Source of the DNA: Flavobacteriales bacterium
GTDB lineage: Bacteria > Bacteroidota > Bacteroidia > Flavobacteriales_F > PHOS-HE28
DNA: 64,000 bases
Direction of reading: 5' to 3'
Assembly (NCBI GenBank): GCA_047601855.1
Contig: JASGIM010000003.1
Location: forward strand, 725,761 to 789,760
Below the pieces are notes generated by a model that saw only the letters and a program-made list of their open reading frames with translations, searched no databases and was not told the DNA's origin. How positions within the stretch are numbered: the stretch's first letter is position 1; each line of letters opens with the position of its first letter. This document shows positions 9,049-18,042 of this stretch, in pieces. Position numbers and translations under genes: made by a program.

Positions 9049-9993
9049 TCATGAATTGTCTCCGTAGTGTATTGCATTCATGACATTGAGAGGAAACATG
9101 GGGTAGCTCAGGTCATCGTCTTCCAAATCGGTTCGATAGAACTTGATCATGTCCATCGCAACACCCAAATCATCTCTATCCGGTCGGCTCATAGATGCCT
9201 CCAACCAATCAAACGCTTCTGAAACATCCTCAACAAGCGCTTGCATCTTTCGATGTACTCCTTGGCGATGAATGAACTTGAGGACGGTCAACCCCGGCAA
9301 AGCCACTCTCAGGTCCCGAAGATGAATGACAGCGTCATACACGATCGAGTTTCCTGCATCGATACACAACTTGGCCAACGCGCGGATTTGTTCTTCATGC
9401 GCTCCCCCGTGAGCACTCGGAAAAAAGTTGTACACCAACGAGCTGATCACTCCGGTATGTTCTTCGGACGAGCCCGATCGCGTCATGTGAGAAACAGATG
9501 ACAGTAGCTGCAATACGGCGAGAGCAACCCTGTAATTGGTGTAGTCGGCATAGATGCCAAGCTTGCTGAGCACATCGGCCCGCTCCGTTCTTGACGTTGC
9601 ATAGTACTCCGCCTCGATCTTGATGACGTCCAGCAATATGGTGGCAGTCAGGCTTGCTTCTATTAGTGCCCCCTCCGTTAACCCATGTATCGGCTGATCC
9701 ATTAACCCTACTACCTTCTTTCTCTCATTCGCTATCGCTTGGTAGTGTAAGCTGCGGTACCGGCGGATTACACCCGGGGTCAGCTTCCTGATAAGGGGAG
9801 AGGTACGTTCGGCCTCTTCATGATGAGCAAAGCATAGGAAGGCCAAATTGTCCTCAACCGTGTTTGAAGAATCACCATCCAAGTGGTGAAGATGAACCCC
9901 ACGCTCCCGACATACGCAGCATTGCATGTGGGACTTGAACATCACTTCGTCCTCAGTAGTGCGTGACCGCACTCGTTTACTCTTCTTATGCAT
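9049..9993 (-). CDS. HNH endonuclease-domain protein with an uncharacterised ~230-aa C-terminal domain
   Basis: The N-terminus CCVCRERGVHLHHLDGDSSNTVEDNLAFLCFAHHEEAE carries the CxxC...HH...N...N...CxxHH HNH zinc-finger signature. Convergent with the 582-aa gene. AT-richer than flanks. Confidence 0.7.
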   Translation of the reverse strand: MHKKSKRVRSRTTEDEVMFKSHMQCCVCRERGVHLHHLDGDSSNTVEDNLAFLCFAHHEEAERTSPLIRKLTPGVIRRYRSLHYQAIANERKKVVGLMDQPIHGLTEGALIEASLTATILLDVIKIEAEYYATSRTERADVLSKLGIYADYTNYRVALAVLQLLSSVSHMTRSGSSEEHTGVISSLVYNFFPSAHGGAHEEQIRALAKLCIDAGNSIVYDAVIHLRDLRVALPGLTVLKFIHRQGVHRKMQALVEDVSEAFDWLEASMSRPDRDDLGVAMDMIKFYRTDLEDDDLSYPMFPLNVMNAIHYGDNS

Positions 9994-10549
9994 TGATGGG
10001 AATCTGCCCGCAATTTACCTCCAACCCTCAGGGCTACCCTCTTCGAGACGCTGTGACCTTGCCAGACAAGAGCCTCCCGCATCCGTCTTCGGGCGCTTGG
10101 TCTCCCCATTCCTCGGAAGACCAACTTGGGTTAGACCCTGTATACGCCACTTGCCGGAACCGCCCAACCTCCTACTTTCGTCCCGTCATACATACAGGCG
10201 GCAGTGCCGCCGGTCCTTCTCACCGGGAATTACGACACCCTAAGGAAGAGTTGAAGGATTACGCACAGCGTGCGCTCACATGGGCGCGGGCTGCTGTCGT
10301 AGTCCGCGCTCTTCAGGCCGTCGTAAGCCTCCGGTGAGCGGCTCGGTGGTGGTTCCGCGCCCACCACGTGAAAGCCCACACCACTCCTTGGTTCCGGAGT
10401 CCACGTACGATGCTCCGCACATGCGGTATAAGCATCTGTGCGCGCATTCGGCTTTGGTGTTCCGCGCGGTGTGTGCGGTTTCCGACAGGGTTGGCCGTGC
10501 CCCATCTGATAACCCATGCCCACGTGCCGGAATACACCCATTGAAAGCC

Positions 10550-11158
10550 ATGGCGCTCACCCTTACGCCCATCACCGAGCCGGAGAAGCTGGATGAGTAC
10601 TACCGCTTTCGGTATCGGATATACAGCGACAGCGGCATGCAAAGGTTTGTCATTGATGCCGGGGGCTTGGACAAGAATCCTTTCGATGAGCGTGCCCGAC
10701 ACTACGGTTGGTACGTGGATGGAACGTTGGCTGGCTGTGTGCGATTCATCGAGCCGGATGGAAGTGCAGTCCCGATCCCAACCCTTGCAGTATTGAACGG
10801 CGGGTTGGGAACTGCTGTGCGCTCATACGTTGCCGAACGGGAAGCATTGAGTCAGCCAATGGCGGAGGCCAGTCGCTTCTGTCTGGCACAAGCCTACCGA
10901 GGTCTGCGGACAACCAGGGAGTTCGTGCTTGCCATGGTAGCGACCATGCAGCCCCTTGGCTACGAACATGGAGTATTCAACTGCCGCCAAGAACATTCAC
11001 AGTTCTATAGAACGTTGGGGTTCGATCCGTTGCATAACGGAGGAGGCCAATACGTTCCATGTCTGGAGGAGACGCTGGTCGTGTTCCAATGCGACTTCGC
11101 TAAGTTGGTGGGAAAGAATGCCCGATTGAGGGAACTCATTTCCTCCTTCAAGAAATGA
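10550..11158 (+). CDS. GNAT-fold N-acyltransferase, autoinducer-synthase/N-acyl amino acid synthase-like
   Basis: About 203 aa from MALTLTPITEPEKLDEYYRFRYRIYSDS... The YRFRYRIY and later FCL..AYRG blocks resemble the LuxI/OlsB/N-acyl-amino-acid-synthase (Acetyltransf_5) family. Confidence 0.55.
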   Translation: MALTLTPITEPEKLDEYYRFRYRIYSDSGMQRFVIDAGGLDKNPFDERARHYGWYVDGTLAGCVRFIEPDGSAVPIPTLAVLNGGLGTAVRSYVAEREALSQPMAEASRFCLAQAYRGLRTTREFVLAMVATMQPLGYEHGVFNCRQEHSQFYRTLGFDPLHNGGGQYVPCLEETLVVFQCDFAKLVGKNARLRELISSFKK

Positions 11159-11793
11159 TGAAGAAGTTGTCCTTCACCCTCTTCTTCCTGCTGCTGTTCC
11201 ACGTGTTGCCACTATGCTTGAAGCCATGGCTTCTACTCACATGGCCGGTGCTGGTGCTCGCCTTCTTCTGCACGGTGCTCTTCGCCACCCAACCGGCGTT
11301 AAGCGTGGAGGAGAGCAAGCGGAACAAGTCCACGGACGGCTGGACGATATGGCTCATCATCGGCGTGAGCGGCATGGGCCAGATCGCAAGCTTGGTGGAT
11401 TGGGCCTATTCCCAAGCCGCACCGCAGGCGCTGGATGCATGGGTCGTGAGCGGCCTTGTGTTGCTGCCTTTCGGAACGGCCTTCCGGCTGTGGGCCATCA
11501 ACACCCTGAAGAACAACTTCGCCGCCACGGTGCAGATCAAACAGTGCCAGCAACTCATCACCAGCGGGCCGTACAAGTGGCTGCGGCACCCCAGCTACAC
11601 CGGCGCATGGGTTGCCATGGTGGGTGCAGCGCTATTGATGCACAGCATGGTGGGCCTGCTCATCATGGGGCCGGGCATGCTTTGGGTGTATGGCTGCCGC
11701 ATCGCCACCGAGGAACGCACGTTGGAGGCCGCCTTCGGGGAGGCGTACCGGGAGATGAAGGGCAGGACGTGGCGGATGCTGCCGGGGTGGTGA
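11155..11793 (+). CDS. Isoprenylcysteine carboxyl methyltransferase (ICMT/PEMT) family membrane methyltransferase
   Basis: 212 aa, multi-TM. Family signature ITSGPYKWLRHPSYTGAWV, and the C-terminal ...EERTLEAAFGEAYREM. The start overlaps the upstream stop (ATGATGA). Confidence 0.75.
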   Translation: MMKKLSFTLFFLLLFHVLPLCLKPWLLLTWPVLVLAFFCTVLFATQPALSVEESKRNKSTDGWTIWLIIGVSGMGQIASLVDWAYSQAAPQALDAWVVSGLVLLPFGTAFRLWAINTLKNNFAATVQIKQCQQLITSGPYKWLRHPSYTGAWVAMVGAALLMHSMVGLLIMGPGMLWVYGCRIATEERTLEAAFGEAYREMKGRTWRMLPGW

Positions 11794-11973
11794 GGGGGCA
11801 GGGGTAGTGGCTCAGGTGGACACAGTGTAGTATGGTGTCCACCCGCGTGCATTGGGTTGTGCAGAGATCGCGCGTGAGCGGGCGAAGCCCCCGGAAGGGC
11901 CCTGTGGTCAGAGATCCCTCCCCTCACCCCTCCTCGCACCTGCGGTACGGGCTCACCGACCCTGCATTAGTAC

Positions 11974-12321
11974 CTACGCCTTCCGCACGTAGATACTCTT
12001 CAGGGCCATGGCTCCGAAGCCGTCGATGCGGCAATCGATGTCGTGGTCGCCGCCCGTAAGGCGGATGTTCTTCACCTTGGTACCGGCCTTCACGGGCTTG
12101 GGCGCACCCTTCACGGGCAGGTCCTTGATCACCACCACATCGTCGCCGTTCTGCAACACATTGCCGTTGGCGTCCTTCACCACAGCGGAGCCGTCGGCTA
12201 CTTCCGCAGCGGCCACCTCCTCCGGGTTCCACTCATGGCCGCATTCGGGGCACATCCACGACATGCCCGTGGGATAGGCGAAAGCAGAGCGGCAGTTGGG
12301 GCAGGAATGCGTTGCGTCCAT
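11974..12321 (-). CDS. phnA: PhnA-family zinc-ribbon protein
   Basis: 115 aa. CPNC...CPECGHEW zinc ribbon followed by ...DANGNVLQNGDDVVVIKDLPVKG...KVKNIRLTGGDHDIDCRIDGFGAMALKSIYVRKA, close to E. coli PhnA. Confidence 0.85.
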   Translation of the reverse strand: MDATHSCPNCRSAFAYPTGMSWMCPECGHEWNPEEVAAAEVADGSAVVKDANGNVLQNGDDVVVIKDLPVKGAPKPVKAGTKVKNIRLTGGDHDIDCRIDGFGAMALKSIYVRKA

Positions 12322-12502
12322 GGGAACAGAGGTCGGCGGGTAAGGCGCGAAACTACAGGCTTATCACCAAGATCCTTTTCAGTCGTTCGGGACCGGATCA
12401 CTGGGCTACTACTCCTTCCCAGAAAAAGTAAAGACCTGTAGCTATCTGCTGCATGTACCGTATTTTTCCTTCAGCACCATCACTATACGACGGAGATCAT
12501 CC

Positions 12503-12994
12503 ATGGAAAGCGCCGGGCTCCTGCTCTACAAGCATACGCCAACGGGCCTGCACGTGCTGCTCGGCCACATGGGCGGCCCTTTCTGGGCGAAGAAGGAAGA
12601 AGGTGCATGGTCCATTCCCAAGGGGGAGCAGCAAGCCGATGAGACCTTGGAAGAGACCGCTCTTCGTGAATTCATCGAGGAAACGGGCCATCGTCCGGAG
12701 GGGCCTTGGCTGGCGCTTCCCGCCGTGGTCCAGCGCAACGGCAAGCGCGTGCATGCCTGGGCCATTGGAAGCGACGTGGATCCCGCCACGCTGCACAGCA
12801 ACACGTTCGAGCTGGAATGGCCGCCGCGATCGGGCCGGTGGCAGCGGTTCCCCGAAATGGATCGCTTCGCCTGGTGGAGCATACCGGATGCCGTGCGCCT
12901 GGCGGTACACGGTCAGAGGGACATCGTGCTCGCCCTGGAACAAGTGCTCCGGACCCATGGCCGCAACGAACCATCCGGTACTGCTGGTTGTTGA
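12503..12994 (+). CDS. NUDIX hydrolase
   Basis: Nudix box GEQQADETLEETALREFIEETG (Gx5Ex7REUxEExGU). Confidence 0.8.
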   Translation: MESAGLLLYKHTPTGLHVLLGHMGGPFWAKKEEGAWSIPKGEQQADETLEETALREFIEETGHRPEGPWLALPAVVQRNGKRVHAWAIGSDVDPATLHSNTFELEWPPRSGRWQRFPEMDRFAWWSIPDAVRLAVHGQRDIVLALEQVLRTHGRNEPSGTAGC

Positions 12995-13039
12995 CACACC
13001 GTCGCTTGATCCCCACCCGCTCCGGCCCACGCTCTTCCT

Positions 13040-14965
13040 TTGGAAATCCCTGACACCAACACCCCGGCCGCTCCCCTGCTCGGAGAGCACAACAAGCGTG
13101 AGGACCGCTTGCTATTGGCCGCGCGCGCGGCAGGCCTCGGCGTGTTCGAATGGCGCATCCCCGAGGACGTGTGGGTATGGGAGAACGAACGCATGTACGG
13201 CATTTTCGGCCGCCGGCCGGAGGAAGGACCGCTGACCACGGCACAGCTCCTTGCCGAGGTGCTTGATCCCGCCGACGCGGAGGCCCTACGCGCCGACCTG
13301 CTCGGATCGCTATCCACCAAGGGCACGGTAGGGCACGCGTGCCGGATCCGGCGGCTCGACAACGGCGAGCAGCGCACGGTCGAATTCTCCTACCTCCTGC
13401 AAGAGGACGACAACGGATGCCCACTGCGCGTGGTGGGCGTGATGGCCGATACCACGGAACGCCAGCGCACGCTGAAGGCCGCGCAGCACCAGGCCGCGAT
13501 CGTGGAATCGTCCTCGGACGCGATCGTAAGCAAGGACCTGAACGGCACTATCCTTTCATGGAACCGTGGCGCGCAGAACATGTTCGGGTACACCGCCGAA
13601 GAGATCGTGGGGCGGCCGGTCACCATGCTGTTCCCGCCGGGCCTGGAGAACGAGGAACTCGCCATCGTGGAACGCATCCGCAATGGCGAACGCGTGGAAC
13701 ACTACGAGACCATCCGGATGCGGAAGGACGGCTCGTTGCTGAACGTTTCATTGAGCATCTCCCCCATCAAGGATGAGCGGGGACATGTCGTGGGCGCCAG
13801 CAAGATCGCCCGCGACATCACCGAACAGAAGCGCCTGGAGGAAGCCCTCCAACGGTCCAACCGCCACAAGGACCATTTCCTCGCCACCCTGGCGCACGAA
13901 CTGCGCAATCCCCTGGCCCCGTTGTGCAACGGGCTGGAAGTGCTGCTGGCGGAACCCGGCGAGGAGGAGTTAAGGAACCGCACCCACGCGATGATGCAAC
14001 GCCAGATGGACCACCTGGTGCGCTTGGTGGACGACCTGATGGATGTGAGCCGCATCAGCCGCGGCAAGGTGCATCTGGTCCGGGAACCGGTGGATGTGGG
14101 GACCATCGTCCATACCGCGGTGGAAGCCTGCGATGCCCTCATCACCGGGCACGGCCATGACCTGCACGTGCGGGTGGAACCGGGGCTCCGCGTACGCGGT
14201 GACACGGCCCGCCTGACCCAGGTGGTGGTGAACCTGCTGACCAATGCGGCCAAATACACACCAGCGAAAGGCCGCATCGACCTGACGGTGGAACGGGCGG
14301 ATACGAACGCCGTTATCCGCGTGGCGGATAACGGCATCGGCATTCCCGCGGATGCGATGGACCGCGTGTTCGACATGTTCGCCCAAGTGGCCCCGGAGGA
14401 ACAGACGCGAACGGGCGGCGGCCTGGGCATCGGGCTCCACATCGTACGGCAACTGGTCGGCATGCATGGTGGCACCGTCAACGGATCCAGTCCCGGCCTA
14501 GGCCAAGGCAGCACCTTCACCATCGAACTGCCGCTCATCCCCACGGCCAACACCACGGGCCGTCCGGCGGTCGCGACAGCGGAACTTCCAGGCACGGGGC
14601 TGCGCATACTGGTGGTGGACGACAACACTGACGCCACCTTCACCATGGGGATCCTGCTGCGCAAGCGCGGGCATACCGTGGAGGTGGCCAACAGCGGCTT
14701 GGCCGCCTTGGAGATCGGAGAAGGCTTCAAGCCCGAGGTGGTGCTGATGGACATCGGCATGCCGGGCCTCAGCGGCTACGACACCTGCGCACGCATGCGC
14801 GGCACATGCTGGGGGCGCGATGCACGCATCATGGCCATTTCCGGCTGGGGACAGGCGGAGGACCGCCGGCGCAGCGCGGCCGCAGGCTTCGACGAGCACC
14901 TGGTGAAGCCCGTGGACAGCACGCAATTGCAGCGCCTGTTGGTGGAGCGGCGCAACATCCACTGA
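13040..14965 (+). CDS. Hybrid sensor histidine kinase (PAS-PAS-HisKA-HATPase_c-REC)
   Basis: PAS-like segments, H-box ATLAHELRNPLAPL, G-box DNGIGIP...GGGLGIGLHIV, and a C-terminal receiver ILVVDDNTDA...VLMDIGMPGLSGYD. Confidence 0.85.
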   Translation: MEIPDTNTPAAPLLGEHNKREDRLLLAARAAGLGVFEWRIPEDVWVWENERMYGIFGRRPEEGPLTTAQLLAEVLDPADAEALRADLLGSLSTKGTVGHACRIRRLDNGEQRTVEFSYLLQEDDNGCPLRVVGVMADTTERQRTLKAAQHQAAIVESSSDAIVSKDLNGTILSWNRGAQNMFGYTAEEIVGRPVTMLFPPGLENEELAIVERIRNGERVEHYETIRMRKDGSLLNVSLSISPIKDERGHVVGASKIARDITEQKRLEEALQRSNRHKDHFLATLAHELRNPLAPLCNGLEVLLAEPGEEELRNRTHAMMQRQMDHLVRLVDDLMDVSRISRGKVHLVREPVDVGTIVHTAVEACDALITGHGHDLHVRVEPGLRVRGDTARLTQVVVNLLTNAAKYTPAKGRIDLTVERADTNAVIRVADNGIGIPADAMDRVFDMFAQVAPEEQTRTGGGLGIGLHIVRQLVGMHGGTVNGSSPGLGQGSTFTIELPLIPTANTTGRPAVATAELPGTGLRILVVDDNTDATFTMGILLRKRGHTVEVANSGLAALEIGEGFKPEVVLMDIGMPGLSGYDTCARMRGTCWGRDARIMAISGWGQAEDRRRSAAAGFDEHLVKPVDSTQLQRLLVERRNIH

Positions 14966-15054
14966 CGGCCGGGGAGCACGCGATCGCATGCTCACGATGC
15001 GATGCATAGCACCCGTATCCTTTCCGTGAGCTATCTTGGTGGAAACCCATCCAC

Positions 15055-15897
15055 ATGCGCCGATCACTACCCGCCGCTTTCCTGTTACTCGCCACCACCG
15101 CCAATGCCCAATTGGTGATCAACGAGGTGGACTACGACCAACCGGGCACCGACTCGGCCGAATTCCTGGAGTTGAAGAACACCGGCAGCACGGCCTATCC
15201 GATGGGCAACGTGTCCGTGGTGCTGGTGAACGGTTCTTCCGGAACGCCCTCTGTATATGCATCGATCACTTCCCCGGACTGGCCGGCGCTGGCCGGTGGC
15301 GGCTACTTCACGCTATGCCCCAGCGGATGCGACGCCCGCTTGCAGGCGGCCAGCAACGCCATACAGAACGGGCCTTCCGATGCGATCGCGCTGCTGGACC
15401 TCTCCGATAGCACGATCATCGATGTGCTGGCATACGAAGGCGATGTCGCGGGATACATGGAAGGGCACGGCACCACCATCGGGGACGACAACGTGAGCGT
15501 GGGCCGAAGCCTGGGCCGGTGGCCCGATGGCGCGGACACCGATGACAACGCGGCCGACTTCGCATTGATGTGCATCACGCCTGGCGCGGCGAACCAAGCC
15601 AATACGACCGAGTGCGACACCCCAACGGGCATCAATACCCTGGAACAAGGACCGGGCCTGACCGTGTTCGCCGACCCCGGCAACGATCTGCTATGGATGC
15701 TGGCCGAACGGACCGGTGCCGGTGCCATCGTCTTCGAGGTGTTCGCCCTGGATGGATCCCTGTTGGCCAGACGCACGGTGGACAAGGGCGGAAAAGCCTC
15801 CTGGGCATGGAGCACGAACGGCGCGCACGGACGCGTGTACCTCGTTCGGGCTACAACAGGAACGAGCAGCTTGACGCGGCGGATCGTAATGCCCTAG
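15055..15897 (+). CDS. Secreted lamin-tail-domain (LTD) protein with T9SS C-terminal sorting domain
   Basis: Signal peptide. LVINEVDYDQPGTDSAEFLELKN is the LTD motif. The C-terminus GRVYLVRATTGTSSLTRRIVMP is T9SS CTD-like. Confidence 0.6.
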   Translation: MRRSLPAAFLLLATTANAQLVINEVDYDQPGTDSAEFLELKNTGSTAYPMGNVSVVLVNGSSGTPSVYASITSPDWPALAGGGYFTLCPSGCDARLQAASNAIQNGPSDAIALLDLSDSTIIDVLAYEGDVAGYMEGHGTTIGDDNVSVGRSLGRWPDGADTDDNAADFALMCITPGAANQANTTECDTPTGINTLEQGPGLTVFADPGNDLLWMLAERTGAGAIVFEVFALDGSLLARRTVDKGGKASWAWSTNGAHGRVYLVRATTGTSSLTRRIVMP

Positions 15898-15901
15898 TCC
15901 A

Positions 15902-16225
15902 TCAAGTGGCATGGGGCTGGACGGCCTGCTGACCATCCCGCCGCGCTGCTCCGTAGGCCGAGCGCAAGGCCTGCATATCGGCCTCACGGAGGGAGGCGAG
16001 CGCATCGATCAGCGGACGGAGAAGTCCGTGCTCCTGCGCATCGGGCATGCCTTGAAGGGAGTTGTCCAATTGGACGAGGAAGTGCTGCAATTCCATCGGA
16101 TCACTGACATCCAGGAGCACATCGTCCAGGTCCACCACCGCGGACCTGATGTGCGGGCAAGGCACCACCCCAAGGTCATGCACCATACGCGCGAGTGAAG
16201 TACCGATCTCAAACGTGGTCCCCAT
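15902..16225 (-). CDS. Hypothetical protein
   Basis: 107-aa ORF with no recognisable motif. Could be a shadow ORF. Confidence 0.25.
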   Translation of the reverse strand: MGTTFEIGTSLARMVHDLGVVPCPHIRSAVVDLDDVLLDVSDPMELQHFLVQLDNSLQGMPDAQEHGLLRPLIDALASLREADMQALRSAYGAARRDGQQAVQPHAT

Positions 16226-16360
16226 GGTCAGGTCCTGGTAGCATCAACGGCCCGTACAAGGTACATCCCCGAAAAGGGGGAATGCGATCTTTCATCGATC
16301 CTTCTTTCCCAACACCCATCGGATCGCCGACGGATCGCATCCATAGCTCGACGAATCTCG

Positions 16361-16704
16361 GATCAGATGATCAGATAATGAGGTGATCAGATAATGCGCT
16401 CCTTGACGTCCTCCTTGTCACGGTGAGCTTGCCGAACCATGTCACGGTGAGCTTGCGTGCCGACGCCGAAGCGCCTTGGCGTAGGCGTCCGAACCGTGTC
16501 CTTCGTCCATCGCTGTCATAGTGGGCTTGCCGAACCATGACGTCCCCTTCTGTCATGGCGGCCTTGAGCCGCAGTCGCAAGTAGGAGCCATCCGAGATCG
16601 CCCGCTCCTATTTGCGACTGCGGCTCAAGGCCGCAGTGACAACGTACTCAGAGGGCGAGATCGGACGATCATCTCATTTTCTCATCATCTGATCCTCTGA
16701 TCGG
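16361..16704. mobile_element. MITE-like element (~344 bp) with GATCAGATGATCAGA-type terminal inverted repeats; it contains REP-like units and a 21-bp perfect hairpin
   Basis: Left end gatcagatgatcagataatgaggtgatcagataatg. Right end gatcatctcattttctcatcatctgatcctctgatc (inverted). Internal ggccttgagccgcagtcgcaa...ttgcgactgcggctcaaggcc hairpin at about 16557-16632. The right TIR encodes the last codons and stop of the GT2 gene. Confidence 0.6.
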
Positions 16705-17479
16705 AACTTATGCTCTCCGCTGCGTGCCGGGTGCGCAGCAGGGTTTGCATCACCTTGCTCCAGAGCTTCCGCGTGACCAGCAATGGCGGGGCCAACGTGC
16801 CGTTGAGCCGCCAGGCACGCCGTACCTCCGTGTTCGCTTTCAGGATGCGGGCGATGGAACCGTTGCTCATGCCCCCGAGCCGGAAGCGCACGAGCAGGAC
16901 GGGGAGATGCACGGCCGATACCCGCTCCTTATAGAGGAAGCGGAAGAGGATCTCATAGTCCGCCGCGATGCGGAGGTCCATGCGGAAGTGGCCGAAGCGA
17001 TCGTACACGTCCTTCCGGAAGAAAGTGGCGACGTGCGGTGGCATCCAACCGCCGCGAAAGCGGGAACGGCGGTACGCGCCGCTGCGCCACACGCGCTTCA
17101 CGCTATGCACGTCGTGCTCGTCCACCATGAGGATGTCACCGTACACCGCGTCGGCCTTGCTCCGATCGAAGGCCTGGACGACCTCCCCGATCGTGGCGGG
17201 TGTCATCAGCAGGTCACCGGCGTTCACGAAGCCGATGATGTCGCCCGTAGCCAGCCGAAGGCCCTTGTTCATCGCGTCGTAGATGCCCTTGTCCGGCTCG
17301 CTCACGACCTGCGACAGGCGATTGTGATAGCGCGCCAGCACGGCGGAAGTACCGTCGGTGCTCGCTCCGTCGATCACGATGGTCTCGATATCCGTGTACT
17401 GCTGCTCCAGGATGCTGTCCAAGGTTCCCGGCAGCACGTCCGCCGCATTGCGGCACACGGTGATCAACGACACCTTCAT
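16685..17479 (-). CDS. Family 2 glycosyltransferase
   Basis: MKVSLITVCRNAADVLPGTLDSILEQQYTDIETIVIDGASTDGT... is a GT2 (DxD-type) N-terminus. Confidence 0.8.
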   Translation of the reverse strand: MKVSLITVCRNAADVLPGTLDSILEQQYTDIETIVIDGASTDGTSAVLARYHNRLSQVVSEPDKGIYDAMNKGLRLATGDIIGFVNAGDLLMTPATIGEVVQAFDRSKADAVYGDILMVDEHDVHSVKRVWRSGAYRRSRFRGGWMPPHVATFFRKDVYDRFGHFRMDLRIAADYEILFRFLYKERVSAVHLPVLLVRFRLGGMSNGSIARILKANTEVRRAWRLNGTLAPPLLVTRKLWSKVMQTLLRTRHAAESISSDQRIR

Positions 17480-18042
17480 GCCAGCACGCGTTCGCGCACC
17501 GGCACGGCCGGATTGCCTTGGTAGATGGTGTACGGCAGAAGGTCCTTGGTGGCCACACTGCCCACGGCCAGCACGGCATGTGTGCCTAGCGTGACGCCCA
17601 GGGTGACGATGCTGCCCGCACCCACCCAACTGCCATCCTCCAACACCACCGGACGGCTGTACGTGGGGTAATCGATCTTCTTATAGTCGTGGCTGCCCTG
17701 GATGATCATGGCGCCCTGGCTGATCACCACGTTGCTGCCGATGGTGAGCCGATCCAGGTTGTCCAGCCACACGCGCTGGCCGATCCAGCTGTGGTCCCCG
17801 ATGCGTAGCTTCCACGGGAACTTGATGTTCACCCCGGGATGGATCACCACGCCACGGCCCACCTGCGCACCGAAGAGGCGCAGCAGGGCGGGCTTCGGCG
17901 AGCGGAAGGGGAAACAGGGGTTCAGGAAGAAGAGCGCGTTGGTGAAGTACCACAACGTGCGTTTCAACACGCCCGCTCCGGGATCGAAGGTGGTGCTGTT
18001 GTCGAACCGGCTCAGGTCCACACGGGGGCGATCGGCGGTCAT
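17476..18042 (-). CDS. Hexapeptide-repeat O-acetyltransferase (WcaF/colanic acid acetyltransferase-like)
   Basis: Left-handed beta-helix repeats (IGDHSWIGQRVWLDN...IGSNVVISQGAMIIQGSHD...). 4-bp overlap with both neighbours. Confidence 0.75.
   Translation of the reverse strand: MTADRPRVDLSRFDNSTTFDPGAGVLKRTLWYFTNALFFLNPCFPFRSPKPALLRLFGAQVGRGVVIHPGVNIKFPWKLRIGDHSWIGQRVWLDNLDRLTIGSNVVISQGAMIIQGSHDYKKIDYPTYSRPVVLEDGSWVGAGSIVTLGVTLGTHAVLAVGSVATKDLLPYTIYQGNPAVPVRERVLA

Noticed and set aside
9994-10549. Possible tmRNA, RNase P or SRP RNA in the ORF-poor gap
   Set aside because: I could not find the conserved GGAAAGUCCGG / AGGGUGAAA (RNase P), CCGGAAGGAAGCAGC (SRP) or ANDENYALAA-tag-coding (tmRNA) blocks on either strand.
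12453-13424. Multiple overlapping ORFs (260 aa, 250 aa, 197 aa) around the NUDIX gene
   Set aside because: Only the 12503..12994 frame gives a Nudix box. The others are Arg/Pro/Ala-rich alternative-frame artefacts.
13702-14760. 352-aa minus-strand ORF inside the histidine kinase locus
   Set aside because: Antisense to the hybrid kinase, with a Ser/Pro/Arg-rich low-complexity translation.
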